A stretch of DNA of 60,681 nt, from the NCBI RefSeq assembly GCF_964213995.1, contig NW_027591068.1:62001-122681 (forward strand). Direction: 5' to 3'. The position numbers and the translations under genes were made by a program. The DNA is from Mustelus asterias. Its lineage: Eukaryota. The notes beneath the pieces were generated by a model, which saw nothing but the letters and a program-made list of their open reading frames with translations, was not told where the DNA came from and searched no databases. Below, piece after piece: positions 1 to 11,939 of this stretch; the first letter of the stretch is position 1, and every line of letters starts with the position of its first letter.

Positions 1-778
1 CTGCTCTGTCCAAGACTGCAAGAAATTACAAAAGGTCGTGAATGTAGCCCCGTCCATCACGCAGACTAGCCTCCCATTCATTGACTCTGTCTACACTTCC
101 CGCGGCCTTAGAAAAGCAGCCAGCATAATTAAGGACCTCATGCACACATTCTCTCTTCCACCTTCTTCCGTCAGGAAAAAGATACAAAGTCTGAGATCAC
201 GTACCAACCGACACAAGAACTTCCCTGCTGCCCTCAGACTTTTGAATGGACCTGCTACATATTAGATTTATCTTTCTCTACACCCTACCTATGACTGCAA
301 CACTACATTCTGCACCCTCTCTTTTACTTCTCCCCGATGTACTCTATGAACGGTATGTTTTGTCTGTACAGCATACAAGAAACGGCGGCACGGTAGCACA
401 GTGGTTAGCACTGCTGCTTCACAGCTCCAGGGTCCCGGGTTCGATTCCTGGCGCGGGTCACTGTCTGTGTGGAGTTTGCACATTCTCCTCGTGTCTGCGT
501 GGGTTTCCTCCGGGTGCTCCGGTTTCCTCCCACAGTCCAAAGATGTGCGAGTTAGGTTGATTGGCCAGGTTAAAAAATTGCCCCTTAGAGTCCTGAGATG
601 CGTAGGTTGGAGGGATTAGCAAGTAAATATGTGGGGGTAGGGCTTGGGTGGGACTGTGGTCGGTGCAGACTCGATGGGCCGAATGGCCTCCTTCCGCACT
701 GTAGGGTTTCTATGATTTCTTTGAAACAATACTTTTCACTGTATCCCAATATATGTGACAATAATAAATCAAATCAAA
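1..778 (+). mobile_element. 3' end of a non-LTR retrotransposon (Rex1/Babar-like), interrupted by a SINE
   Basis: Degenerate RT C-terminus/3'UTR at 1-383 resumes at ~723 and ends in AATAAATCAAATCAAA. GAAAC flanks the SINE on both sides. Family assigned from memory. Confidence 0.55.
384..720 (+). mobile_element. tRNA-derived SINE (HE1-like shark SINE), full length
   Basis: A-box-like GGTAGCACAGTGGTTAGCAC, B-box GGTTCGATTCC, core CGTGTCTGCGTGGGTTTCCTCCGGGTGCTCCGGTTTCCTCCCACAGTCC and a CR1-derived tail. Confidence 0.9.
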
Positions 779-1002
779 ATCCTCCCAATTCTTTCCTCCA
801 CGATAGGTCGCAGCATTTAAAGAACACGCCCAGGGCCCAGTGCTGAGTCTGAGGGTATCTGACTACAGTAAGGTGAGTGATACAGGAGGGTCTCACTGTC
901 TGAGGGAGGTGAGTCTTAGCCGGGGGGGGGGGCGTGAGTGACCCAGGTTAATCTGACACTCCAGGGACAGTTGGAATGGAGCTTTCCCCCGGGCTGTCCC
1001 CT

Positions 1003-1210
1003 CCCCGTGTCTGCGTGGGTTTCCTCCGGGTGCTCCGGTTTCCTCCCACAGTCTGAAAGATGTGCCGGTTAGGGTGCATTGGCCGTGCTAAATTCTCCCT
1101 CAGTGTAACCCGAACAGGCGCCGGAGTGTGGGCGACTAGGGGATTCTCACAGTAACTTCATTGTAGTGTTAATGTAAGCCTACTTCTGACACTAATAAAT
1201 AAACTGAAAC
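1003..1210 (+). mobile_element. 5'-truncated SINE (same core, different tail)
   Basis: Core is near-identical to 490-540; tail matches the copy at 55752-56048. Confidence 0.8.
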
Positions 1211-1404
1211 TGAAGGTCAAGGTGCTGCTGTGACAATGCACTCTTGTTTAAACACTCTGCAATGCTGAGACTGGGAGAAGTGACCAACAGGGGGCAGCAT
1301 TGCAGCTTCTGTCCCCCTATTGAAACTGGGATTGTTGCTCCATCTGCTGCACAATCCCAACCCCATCCACTGGGGGCAATCTGGACAATGGCTGCAGGCA
1401 GACC

Positions 1405-1720
1405 TCACTGCGCACGCGCCGCAATGACACCCCCAGCCGGCGGCCATTTTCCGTTGCCAAGGGAGACGACCAGCGGCCATATTCCGTTGCCAAGGGAGAC
1501 GGCGGCCACCATCTTGCGTTGCCAGGGGAGACGGCATCAATGCGGCGGCGTCCCCGCGCGCTGACCTCTGGGAGCATTCCCGTCCCGCACATGCGCACAG
1601 GCCGCCCCGCCCCCTCGGCTGACCCCCCCCTGTTGTCCCGCCAACGAGCATGGCCCGGAGTGGGCAAGAGGTGACACTGGGAGGAGCAGCCCCCCGGGGA
1701 GCGTTACAGCGACGCCTGGT
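1405..1720. promoter_or_regulatory. CpG island with housekeeping-promoter-like motifs
   Basis: CpG-rich. NRF1-like TGCGCACGCGC (1409) and CGCACATGCGCA (1586). Three copies of GCCATnTT + GTTGCCARGGGAGAC (1441-1532). GC box CCCCGCCCC (~1605). Confidence 0.5.
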
Positions 1721-2859
1721 GGCCAGGAAGGGCAATAGCAGCAGCACAGTCTCTGCCCAAAGGCTTCCCCAGTTCAGCTGCTCAGAGACACTGGGAATGT
1801 CTTCAAGTGGAAACTTCAGCTTCTCACATTCACCCCCTGTGTTCAGTCATTGTTTCCTAGACAAAGCAGTGAAGAACATTGGGAGAACATGCTTCCAGCT
1901 TAAGAATTCCACAAAATCAGCAGAATTGTAAAATTATGTCAACTCTTGTACTCTGATGTGAAGAAGTAATTTTATATCATGGGCAGTCCTCATTTATTGG
2001 GAGACTAAGAGGCGTTACCCAATGACAGGATTGGCTTGTTGCTCAGTGTTGTCAAGAATTGGCCACCGAACAACATTGGTTGTAGCCCAATAACTTTACC
2101 TGCCCCTGCCTGTCTTTCTCTGCGCCTCTGGTTCTCTGTTCACCTCGGTGTCCATCCTGCACTCTCAATATTTTGGCGGCTAATGTCTGTCTCCTCTCTC
2201 TGTGTCTCAAAGCCCCTCTCTCCCTCAACCGTTTTCCAGCAACGTGCAGAATTTAGAACATGCAATTTCTCCCAGTCTCCTATTTCAATAAATTCCCCAA
2301 GCCCCATTAGGGGACAGCTGATGTGTTAGCCAAAATATCATCATGACAACTCTGAGGAAAGTTTAAACTTGAAGCAGGTGCACTGAAATCCGACAATCTG
2401 TCAGATAAATGTGAGGTTGGAGTCAAATTTACATCCTTTCGATGTGTGGAGAGAACTTTATTGAGAGTTCGAATCTTAGCAGTATTGCTGTGGTTTCAAA
2501 TGTTGTAACACGAGTATAGTTTAACAGAAAGGCCTGGAACACTCAAAACAGGTAAAGCAATTAATTGATGAGGATTCAGACTGAAGTTCGTATTAGTTCC
2601 GTGCATGGGTCCACCTGAATTTAAGTATATTATAACAAGAATCATGAGAACAAGAAAAAATACAGCAGCAAAATCCTGCAACAAGATCCTTCAGTAATCT
2701 GAGAATTCACTGATCTCCCATTTACCTCACATCACCACCAGAGGGCGATCCCTCACCGTGTTTTTGTGTTCACTGTTTCAGGAGCGGGTTCCATAACACA
2801 TGGATATGTTGGGGAGCCACAATCCAAGAGAACAGGATGAATTATTCAATTACCCGGTT

Positions 2860-3045
2860 AAAGGATAGAGAGCAGTAATGCAGGAGAACTCTGCTTTAAT
2901 TGTTGGAATACACAATGATATGTTACAGAGCAGAAATATAAGAGAACTGCATTGCTTGTTGGAATACACAGTGATATGTCACAGAGCAGTAATCAAGGAG
3001 AACTGCATTAATTGTTAGAATACACTGTAATATTTACAGAGCAGA
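2860..3045 (+). repeat. Degenerate 56-bp minisatellite (about 3-4 copies), paralogous to 32723-33112
   Basis: CACAATG at 2911 and CACAGTG at 2967 (56 bp apart), each followed by ATATGTYACAGAGCAG. Confidence 0.8.
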
Positions 3046-3046
3046 T

Positions 3047-3670
3047 ATGGATGCTAAATTTGCAGACAACACAAAGATAGGTAGGACGATAAATGATGAA
3101 GTGCGTGTGAAGATACGAAAAAGAAACATAAATAGGTTAAGTGAATTGGCAAAGCTCCGCCAAATTGAGTATAATGTGGTCAAATGTGAAAATGCCCCTA
3201 TTGGCAGGATGAATATAAAATACACTTAATATTTAAACGGTGAAAGATTACAAAATTCTGAGGTACAGAGAGATTGGGCTGTCCTAGGGCACGAATCGAA
3301 AGGGGCTAAGGTACAGGTATAGTAATTAATTAAAAACGTCATAAAATATGATCATTCACTACGAGGGGATCTATTATAAAATAGGAAGGGTATGTTTCCG
3401 TTGTACGGGGCATTGGTGAGACCACCACCTGGAGTATTGCGGACAATACGTATCTCCTTATCTAAAGAAAGATGGTAATGCGTTAAAAAACGTTCAGAGA
3501 AGGTTTGCTGTAATAGTATCCAGGTACGTGCGGGTTATCTGTATCCGCGGTAAGAATATTGATGTTGGGTTTGTATCCACTTGAGTTTCGAAGACTCAGA
3601 GATAACTTAATTGAAACCTTTAAAACCATAAGGGGTATTAACGGTGTGGATGTGGAGCGGCTATTCCCTC
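3047..3670 (+). mobile_element. CR1 LINE ORF2 fragment
   Basis: AKFADNTKIG (RT FADDTK motif) and LGLYPLEFRRLRDNLIETFK, with stops. Confidence 0.85.
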
Positions 3671-3990
3671 GTGTCCGTGTTGTAGCTGCACTGGGTATTT
3701 CTGGGTCTTTATATTTCTCGGCGTGTGTATATCTGGGCTCTTGTTTCTGCGTCTGTTCCCAATGCGGTTGTAATGTCCACGGGAGGGCGCTCTCTGATCA
3801 CTTACCGAACATCACAGTTGCCTTCTGCAGAGAGTGACTATTTGCAGATATAAAAATGGGTGGGGAAATAAACCCCAGCCAATCGCACCACACCTTGTTG
3901 ACTCTTTCAACTTCTCACATTCCAGGTCCGGTACAGAGAGAGATCATTGTTTCCGTTTCTGGAGCTCAGACTGGAACGCTGGGGGTGAAA

Positions 3991-4461
3991 ATGTTCCTGA
4001 TTCTAGTTATTGCACTGATCCCAGGTCAGTGATTCTGGTCACAGATTGTAAAGTATATCGCAAACCTTGTGCAATTTCCCTTTCCCAGCGCTGTGTGACT
4101 ATCGTCTTCCTCTGTCTCCTAACCCGCTGTGCGTCCGCTGTTTATTTCCAGAGATGAGCAATGGAGACTCAGTGTTCCAGTCAGAACCAGGAGTTGAAGC
4201 AGCAGAGGGTGAAGATTCAGCAATACCCTGCAGTTACTCTGTGCCGAGTTCAGCTCTACAACATGACCTGTTCTGGTATCGCCAGTATCCACACCGAGCT
4301 CCTCAGTATCTGCTCAGAGCCAATAGTTATGGGTTTACCGATACGGCTCCCGGCTTTGGACACTTCAGCGGGAATCTCAACCAGACACAAAGCACTTTTC
4401 ACTTGTCCATGAAAGATTTGAAGATGAGAGACAGCGCCGTGTATTACTGTGCACTGAGACC
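3991..4461 (+). CDS. TRAV/TRDV: TCR alpha/delta V segment V1, apparently functional
   Basis: Leader 3991-4024 (MFLILVIALIP g|GT). V exon 4152-4461 after ttccAG: GDSVFQ..IPCSY..FWYRQ..DSAVYYCALRP. Followed by an RSS. Confidence 0.93.
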
Positions 4462-4500
4462 CACAGTGAGTGAGGCTCCCGCGGGCCTCAGACAAAAAGT
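4462..4500 (+). other. 23-RSS of V1
   Basis: CACAGTG + 23 bp + ACAAAAAGT. Confidence 0.95.
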
Positions 4501-4889
4501 GACGCAGACGTTTCAGGGTCAGAGAAAAAGAGTCGGATCTCAACGAAAATGCGCAGAAAATGAAGGCCACAATACAGCCCCAGCTGAATAATATTCCCCC
4601 CACTGAGCTCAGCCATTGTCAGTGTTGTGAAATGTCACATTTGCCGTCCTATTATTCCCGGATCAAATCCAACCATTCTCCGACCCCATCCGCACAAAAT
4701 CTGCAGATTATCCCGGGTGAATAACTTCCTTAATCTGTACTTAGAAAGATTCTGGATTCGGTGCCTATCTGCCCGGCCACACATTTTAAAAGTGATCTAT
4801 TGTCAAATGCAGCCTCAGAATTGTCCCATTTTCAAGTCCGTGGAGCAGAAATAATAACTGATTGAAATCAGAGCTTTACTATTTGGGGA

Positions 4890-5356
4890 ATAGAGGGGTA
4901 CAGTGAAGATTTACCAGGCTGATTCCTGGGATGGCAGCTCTGCCATATGAGGAGAGATTAAATCCGTTAGGATTATATTCACTGGGGTTTCGAAGAGTGA
5001 GAGGGGATCTCATAGAAACTTATAAAATTCGAACAAGGTTAGACAGGGTAGATTCAGGAGACTGTTCCCAATGGTGGAATCCAGAACTAGGCGTCATCTT
5101 TTGAAGATAAGGGATAAACTGAGGTGAAGGGAAATTCCTTCATCCAGAGAGTGTTGGATGCATGGAATTCAGTACCACCGAATGTAGTTGAGGCCAAAAC
5201 GTTGTCTGATTTCAAGAAGAAATTTGATATAGCTCTTGGGGCTAAAGGGGTCGAGGGATATGGGCGAGGGGGAAGGGGGATCAGGATATTGAACTCCATG
5301 ATCAGCTATGATTACGATTAATGGCGGAGAAGGCTCCTGCTTCTAGTTTCTATGTT
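4890..5356 (+). mobile_element. CR1 LINE 3' fragment
   Basis: Degenerate RGDLIETYKI and FIQRVLDAWNSVP..VVEA..FKKKFD, then a CR1-type tail. Confidence 0.85.
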
Positions 5357-5474
5357 ATGAGTCCGTGAAATATTTCCTGGTGCAGAGTTGAGTGACTACT
5401 TATCCCCGGTATACTTACAGCACTACTATTAATTATGTTGAGTCATGGCCATTAGTCTCAACGAGCCTGTCCCG

Positions 5475-5737
5475 ACAACAATCCCACCCAGGCCCTATCC
5501 CCGTAACCCACATATTTAACCTGCTATCCCCTGACACTAAAGGTAATCTTGCGTGGCCAATCCAGCAAACCTGCACAGTTTAGGAATGTGGAAGGAAACT
5601 GGAGCACCTGAGGAAACCCACGCAGACACGGGGAGAAAGTGCAAACTCCACAGAGACAGTGACCCGAGGCTGGAATCGAACCCCTGTCCCTGGGGCTGTG
5701 AGGCAGCAATGCTAACCACTGCGCCACCGTGTCGCCC
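5475..5737 (-). mobile_element. HE1-like SINE
   Basis: Reverse-complement match to 384-720. Confidence 0.88.
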
Positions 5738-5988
5738 ATAAATGATTAAATTAATTTCACTTTTCACCTGAATTAGAAAAAAAGGATCTGCCTTCAGAAA
5801 GATTGATGGACTGAGTTCTGAGGAAAGCGAGTTCACCAGTTAATGAGACAGAATAACTGGTTATGTGGGAGAGAGCAGAGACAGAACAAGGAACTTAGAA
5901 ATACGTTTACGGCCAGGGAAGGAATGTGATTGGAAAGAGCCAGCTATATTAAATCATTAACTAACAGTGATTGCTTCACTGGTTACGT

Positions 5989-6310
5989 GGCGGCATGATG
6001 CCACAATGGTTAGCGCTGCTGTCTCACAGTGTCAGGGACCCGGGTTCAATTCCGGCTTCGGATCACTTTCTGTATGAAGTTTGCATGTTCTCCCCGTGTC
6101 TACGTGGGTCCCCTTCGGCTGCTGTTGATTCCTCCCACAGTCCAAAGATGTGCAGGTTGGGTTGATTGGCCATGCTAAATTGACCCGAGTCTCAGGGGAT
6201 ACGCAGGGTAAATACACGGAGTTGCGGGAGTGGGGCCTGGGTGGGATTGTGACCGGTACAGACTCGATGGGGCGAATGGCCTCCTTCTGCACTGTAGGGA
6301 TTTTATGATT
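5989..6310 (+). mobile_element. HE1-like SINE
   Basis: A/B boxes, core and tail similar to 384-720. Confidence 0.88.
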
Positions 6311-6313
6311 CGC

Positions 6314-6344
6314 AGCTGACGTCAGCTCAGGGAGATGAGCCAAT
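6314..6344 (+). promoter_or_regulatory. V2 promoter: CRE palindrome and CCAAT
   Basis: AGCTGACGTCAGCT (TGACGTCA 6317-6324) and CCAAT 6340-6344, about 135-160 bp upstream of the leader ATG. Confidence 0.7.
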
Positions 6345-6477
6345 CGCAGCACTGAGAAACGCCTCCCAGTTTCCTAATAATAGAAGCTGCCTCTGATCTG
6401 AGTTGACTCTGTGATATAAGACTAGAGGCAGCAACTTATTGTAAACATTGTCGCTGCTTACTGTCCTATCAGGAACC

Positions 6478-6915
6478 ATGTGTTCCCTGTGTGCTTTACT
6501 GATAATAATGGCCACGCTGCCCGGTGAGTCTGAGTTCAAATCCTCAGTGTGTGTTTCATGGGTTATATTTGTTCACAGATTTCTCACACATTCTACATTT
6601 TGTTGCAGGAATCAATGGCCAAGATTCAGTTTCCCAGGACCCGGCTGAATTAACGGTTCAGGAAGGATTGAACGTAACAGTGAATTGTAATTACACAACA
6701 AAGGATGCTTCTCCAAATCTCTTCTGGTACATCCAGTATCCCGGGGAAGCTCCGAGATATTTACTGCAGAAATATGGCACGGGTGGCGGAGAAAAGTCTC
6801 CAGATTTCCCTGACCGGTTTTCGGCTGAATTGGACAAGGACAAGAGAACAGTTCCTTTAACAATCACCGGGGTCCATGTCTCTGACTGTGCCGTGTATCA
6901 CTGTGCGCTGAGCCC
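6478..6915 (+). CDS. TRAV/TRDV: TCR alpha/delta V segment V2 (open; YHC motif, extra Cys)
   Basis: Leader 6478-6523 (MCSLCALLIIMATLP g|GT). V exon 6609-6915: QDSVSQ..VNCNY..FWYIQ..SDCAVYHCALSP. Confidence 0.9.
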
Positions 6916-6954
6916 CACACTGCTACAGAGGCACAGTCAACCCGTACAAAAACC
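6916..6954 (+). other. 23-RSS of V2
   Basis: CACACTG + 23 bp + ACAAAAACC. Confidence 0.93.
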
Positions 6955-7332
6955 GGCAAAGGCACTCTCACCTCCTCTCACTGAATCGGATCTGTGACCT
7001 GGATTGTAAACTGTTAATATTAACAAACAATATTATAAAGAAGAGTTAGCCCGAATGCTCTCTTTCCATGGTGCTGAATGTGCCATTCTATATAAATTCC
7101 ATTTTTATAGCCGTTTGGAGCAACTCTTCCAATGGAAAACTCTGCCGCTGTTGCCACAACGTTAACCAAGATCCATCTGCGTCCTATCTCAAAGATGAAC
7201 TCCGGAAAATGACCAATATTCGTTTCCATGCCCTCACTTTGTCAAAGAGCGACATCACCATTCGGTCGTTCCGCTTCTTCGAGTCCAGTTCATTGTCTGA
7301 GAACAGATTCTAATGGTTCCGGCTCCTCGCTC

Positions 7333-7490
7333 TGACGTCATGCATTGGAGAACAAAGACTCTCTGAGCTGATTGGATGAAATGTAGGACAGAGAAGCTGT
7401 GAGCTGATTGGGTGCCTCCTGCTGGCTCTTTGTCAGGAATGAACCAATCGCCAGTGAGGCCGGATATTACTCACCATCTTCTGAACTCTG
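7333..7490 (+). promoter_or_regulatory. Orphan V promoter of the V6 family, with an upstream CRE
   Basis: TGACGTCA at 7333-7340. GAACCAATC..CCGGATATTACTC (7441-7473) resembles the promoters at 17651 and 19779. Confidence 0.55.
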
Positions 7491-7562
7491 AACTAAAACA
7501 GTTTGAACTCACTGAGTTCAGATCCAGCACCAGCTCGGCGAGACTGCTGTCTGTTAGTTTTT

Positions 7563-9099
7563 ACAGTAAGAAGTTTAACAACACCAGGTTAAAGTCCAAC
7601 AGGTTTATTTGGTCGCAAAGGCCACACAAGCTTTCGGAGCTCCAAGCCCCTTCTTCAGGTGAGTGGGAATTCTGTTCACAAACAGAGCTTATAAAGACAC
7701 AAACTCAATTTACATGAATAATGGTTGGAATGCGAATACTTACAGCTAATCAAGTCTTTAAGATACAAACAATGTGAGTGGAGAGAGCATCAAGACAGGC
7801 TAAAGAGATGTGTATTGTCTCCAGACAGGACAGCCACCATGGACTACTCTCCGGAATCGGTTGCATTCTTGGACACATGCATCTCAATTAAGGACAGTCA
7901 CCTCGGCACTTCACTGTACCGCAAGCCCACGGATAACCTCACGATGCTCCACTTCTCCAGCTTCCACCCTAAACATGTTAAAGAAGCCATCCCCTACGGA
8001 CAAGCCCTCCGAATACACAGGATCTGCTCGGATGAGGAGGATCGCAATAGACACCTACAGATGCTGAAAGACACCCTCCATAGGAACAAGATATAGCGCT
8101 CGACTCATCGATCGACAGTTCCGGCGCGCCACAGCGAAAAACCGCACCGGCCTCCTCAGAAAACAAACACGGGACACGGCGGACAGAGTACCCTTCGTCA
8201 CCAAGTACTTCCCCGGAGCAGAGAAGCTACGACGTCTTCTCCGGAGCCTTCAACATGTCGTCAATGAAGACGAACATCTCACCAAGGCCATCCCCACACC
8301 CCACCTCTTGCCTTCAAACAACCGCACAACTTCAAACAGACCATTGTCCGCAGCAAACTACCCAGCCTTCAGGAGAACAGTGACCACGACACCACACAAC
8401 CCTGCCATAGCAACCTCTGCAAGATGTGCCGGATCATCGACACGGATGCCATCATCTCACGTGAGAACAGCATCCACCAGGTACACGGTACATATTCTTG
8501 TGACTCGACCAACATTATCTACCTGATACGCTGCAGGAAAGGATGTCCCGAGGCATGGTACATTGGGGAAACCATGCAGACGCTACGACAACAGATGAAT
8601 GAACACCGCTCAACAATCAGCAGACAGGAGTGTTCTCTTCCTGTTGGGAACACTTCAGCAGTCACGGGCATTCAGCCTCTGATCTTTGGGTAAGCGTTCT
8701 CCATGGCGTCCTTCACGACATACGACAACGCAGAATCGCTGAGCAAAACTGATAGCCAAGCTCCGCACACATGAGGAAGGCCTCAACCGGGATCTTGGGT
8801 TCATGTCACACTATCTGTAACCCCTACGACTTGCCTGGGCTTGAAAAATCTCACTAACTGTCTTGGCTGGAGACAATACACATCTCTTTAACCTGTGTTT
8901 AACCCCCTCTCCACTCACGTTATCTGTACATTTAAGACTTGATTACCTGTAAAGGCTCGCAATCCAACCATTATCGTTTTAATTGAGTTTGTGTCTGTAT
9001 ATGCCCTGTTTGTGAACACAGCTCCTCACTCACCTGGAGAAGGAGCGACACTCCGAAAGCTTGTGCTACCAAATAAACCCTGTTGGACTTTAAACTGGC
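7563..9099 (+). mobile_element. Penelope-like retroelement: inverted pLTR, truncated RT-thumb/GIY-YIG ORF and 3' pLTR
   Basis: FLDT..TSLYRKPT..SFHP..IPYGQALRIHRICS (RT C-terminus) and IIYLIRCRKGCPEAWYIGET..LRQQMNEHR (GIY-YIG). 7563-7835 is an inverted copy of the 3' repeat. GTTCAGATCCAGCAYCAGCTC is repeated at 7516-7536 and 9100-9120. Confidence 0.9.
7621..7667 (-). ncRNA. Minimal hammerhead ribozyme motif in Penelope pLTR
   Basis: Minus strand: CAC-CTGAAGA-A-GGGGCT tgg AGCTCC-GAAA-GCTT-GTG. Confidence 0.7.
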
Positions 9100-9127
9100 G
9101 TTCAGATCCAGCATCAGCTCTGTGAAC

Positions 9128-9179
9128 ATATTAAATGTTACCTTTGCAGAAATCGTCACAGCTGCAGAGCACTTAACTG
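9128..9179 (+). pseudogene. Degenerate orphan V leader exon (V6 family)
   Basis: Aligns with 19889-19940; ATG is now ATA and the donor GT is GC (ACTG|GCAAGTT). No V exon follows on +. Confidence 0.6.
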
Positions 9180-9289
9180 GCAAGTTCCGAAATTGAATAA
9201 GTTTCACTTTGCTTGCGATACGGATTTGGAAATCACCCGTTTATCTGTTTTTCCACTGCTTGCAAACAATTCCGTTAACTTGATAACAT

Positions 9290-9527
9290 TGACAATTTTT
9301 AATAGATGCAGAAAATTGAGTCCCCACTCCCTCTGGTCTGGTCTGAAAACATCGCCATATTTAGGGATGTGGATCAAGAATGTGGGGGCTTTTTCCTGAT
9401 CCTGACAGTGCAGCTGTAATCAATATGAATTAGCTGTGGTCGAATTGCTGAAATCATTCATTACCGAATCTCCTTCAAACGTTGTCATAAAACGGTTCCT
9501 GTGAGATGGCATATGCATCAATAACAC
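9290..9527 (-). pseudogene. V relic
   Basis: After a tgtAG acceptor: GVIDAYAISQEP-(frameshift)-EGDSV..STTANSY*LQLHCQDQEKAPTFLIHIPKYG..QFSASI. 3' end and RSS are missing. Confidence 0.55.
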
Positions 9528-9544
9528 CTACAATTAATTAGAAA

Positions 9545-10048
9545 TATGGTTTCAAGGCTTCATTCTATGATCATCTTGCTGGTGCCAGTACAGAGCGAGA
9601 CTGCGGATAGTTGGGAACCTGTCTCGGGGGCAGGGAATTCAGATGGTGTTCGTAAAGCAGAAGTGGAAATGAATAGGGTTGGGAAGCATTTTCTGATCAG
9701 GGCCAGTGTGATCTCCTGGACTCGTTTCGATCGCCACAGGGGGTCGGAGAGGAATTTCCCAGATTTTCTTTTCCCCATATTGGCCCTGGGGTTTTCACTC
9801 TGGGTTTTCGCCTCTCCCTGGAGATCACATGGTCTGGAATGGGGGGGTAGGGGTGAGTTAATAGGTTGTGATGAACAAAGCATCGTAGCTGTGAGGGACA
9901 GCTCGGTGGATAGGATATTAGGATGTAGATAGGCTGGAAAATTGGGCGGGGATCCTGGATTCAGGATTCAATCCTGGACCGGGGAGCGGCGCGGGCTTGG
10001 AGGGCCGAAGGGCCTGTTCCTGTGCTGTACTGTTCTTTGTTCTTTGTT
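9545..10048 (+). mobile_element. Retroposon 3' region ending in a CR1-type tail
   Basis: Ends in GGGCCGAAGGGCCTGTTCCTGTGCTGTACTGTTCTTTGTTCTTTGTT. Left boundary approximate. Confidence 0.6.
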
Positions 10049-10276
10049 AGTGCCGAGTTCCCAGTGACCCCCAATTAAAGAGCAGCCAATTCTTCCCTCG
10101 TCCAGCGAATCTAAGAATCAGCAGGAATCTGCCTTCGATGTGAACGGTTTTAAATGGTGTTTATGTGGATTGTTCTCGGGGTTTGAGTTCACGGGAATAT
10201 ATTCAGGTGCCAATGTCAGACCCGCTGTTGTAAACGGGACCCAGCAGACAGCAGCTGTGGCCCAGAAACCTGCGGC

Positions 10277-10315
10277 AGTTTCTGTACGAGGATTTCACTC
10301 ATGTTCATCACTGTG
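10277..10315 (-). other. 23-RSS of V3
   Basis: Minus strand: CACAGTG + 23 bp + ACAGAAACT. Confidence 0.92.
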
Positions 10316-11332
10316 AGACTCTGTGCACAGTAATAGACCGCAGTGTCAGACAGCAGCAACTCCGAGATGGTCAATCGGTACAACTTTTCTGACTTCTGGA
10401 TTGTATCGGAAAAACGGGTCTGAGCGAAATCCGCCTTCAATTCATCACCGCCGCCAGTATGCCTCCGGACCGCAAACACGGGCTGTCTGCCTGGGTATTG
10501 ACGGTACCAGAATAAATAATATGCATCGTCGGTATAGGTGCAGCTTAAAGTGACATCTTCCCCCTCTGTCCGTGTGAGTGAGGATTCCCCCTGAGTAACA
10601 GAATCCCCATCGCTCAGATCTGGAACACACGGTTAAAGAAAAAACATTCAGCAGAACTGAGGGTGAACATTCGCAGACGATGCAGCATAAAAATAGGCTT
10701 TAAATAATCTCACATTCGCATCAACTAATCTAGTTCCCGTTCAGTATCCCCAGGAGAATCCGCCGTCCCACCTCATCTCAAATGCCTCTGCCCCTTTCCC
10801 CCTCAGCGGCTAATCTAGGTCTCCCCCAACTGTGTCTTTACTCCTCTGTTCAAGTGTCTCATTGTTTTAATGTGAGTCACTTTCTACAGAGCTCCGTCGA
10901 AAGTAGATTTGCTGTAATTTCCAGTTAATCTTTTCATTTCACTCAGATTGATGGGACATCCATTTGGAATCCTCCCCGAGTGGAATCTTCCTTTCCCCGT
11001 CCACCTGACTGAACCTTATTGTGAATACATCAATCAAGTTACTCTTTAGTCTTCAGCCAGAAGAGAAATGAACCATAATGTTTAGATTGCATTCTGATCG
11101 ATGTCATATCCCAATTCTGGTATCAGGCTTGCTGTGCTATTTGCCAACCGATAGTCCTGTAAGGAAAAGCCAAGAGCAAAGACTCAAGTGCTCTATGGCA
11201 GGCCCGATGTCTGATGAACTGGAGCGCCCTGCTTTTGAAGTTTATTCCTCTCGAAGTTACACTCATTTTTAAAGTGTTAAACGTACCGACAATGAATGTC
11301 ACCCAGATCACAGTGAGGACGGAGCGCCGCAT
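10316..11332 (-). CDS. TRAV/TRDV: TCR alpha/delta V segment V3 (inverted), apparently functional
   Basis: Leader 11332-11287 (MRRSVLTVIWVTFIV g|GT), 667-bp intron. V exon 10619-10316: GDSVTQ..VTLSCTY..FWYRQ..SDTAVYYCAQS, open frame. Confidence 0.9.
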
Positions 11333-11482
11333 TGCTGCTGTTCCAAGATTCTAGGGACGTCTTGTGTCTCCAAAAGCTTCGAATATCGAACAAGATAAAA
11401 CTGAGACCATTGGCTGAGGCTGGTCTGACCTCACTTCCTAACGTATGTTCGGTAGATCTGAAATCACTGGATCTCACTGGTC

Positions 11483-11495
11483 TGACGTCATTGGC
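11483..11495 (-). promoter_or_regulatory. V3 promoter: CRE and CCAAT
   Basis: TGACGTCA at 11483-11490 abutting ATTGG, about 150 bp upstream of the ATG. Confidence 0.65.
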
Positions 11496-11939
11496 TTAAA
11501 CTCAATTGTTGATGACAGAGAACTGAGACATTGGCGATACACTCTGCTGTTCAGAGCGAGACGAGTAAACACAGCTAGGTTGAGCCTAATTGAGCTCAGA
11601 GACATTTTTCCCTTCAATTGATCTGAAAGAATTCGCCTTGAAGAAGGAAATGCAAGTGTTGAATGTGGATGAAGATGTTCCGAGTATTTGAGTCACTGTC
11701 AATGATCAGACTGAGTTTGAGACGGGTGTCAATTGGGAAGATGATCTAAGATTTTTTTTCTGTGATAGTGACGTATCAAACAGAGCGGGAAAATACAATG
11801 ACAGTGAATAGGTTAAAATTCCAAATTTAGCGTGTGTTAAAAAGGTTGGTTTATCAAATACACGTTAAAGGGCTGCACCCTATTGCTCAGTTTGACGTGA
11901 GCCTGACAGCGAACTCCTCTGTTCGGATCTGCTGGGATC

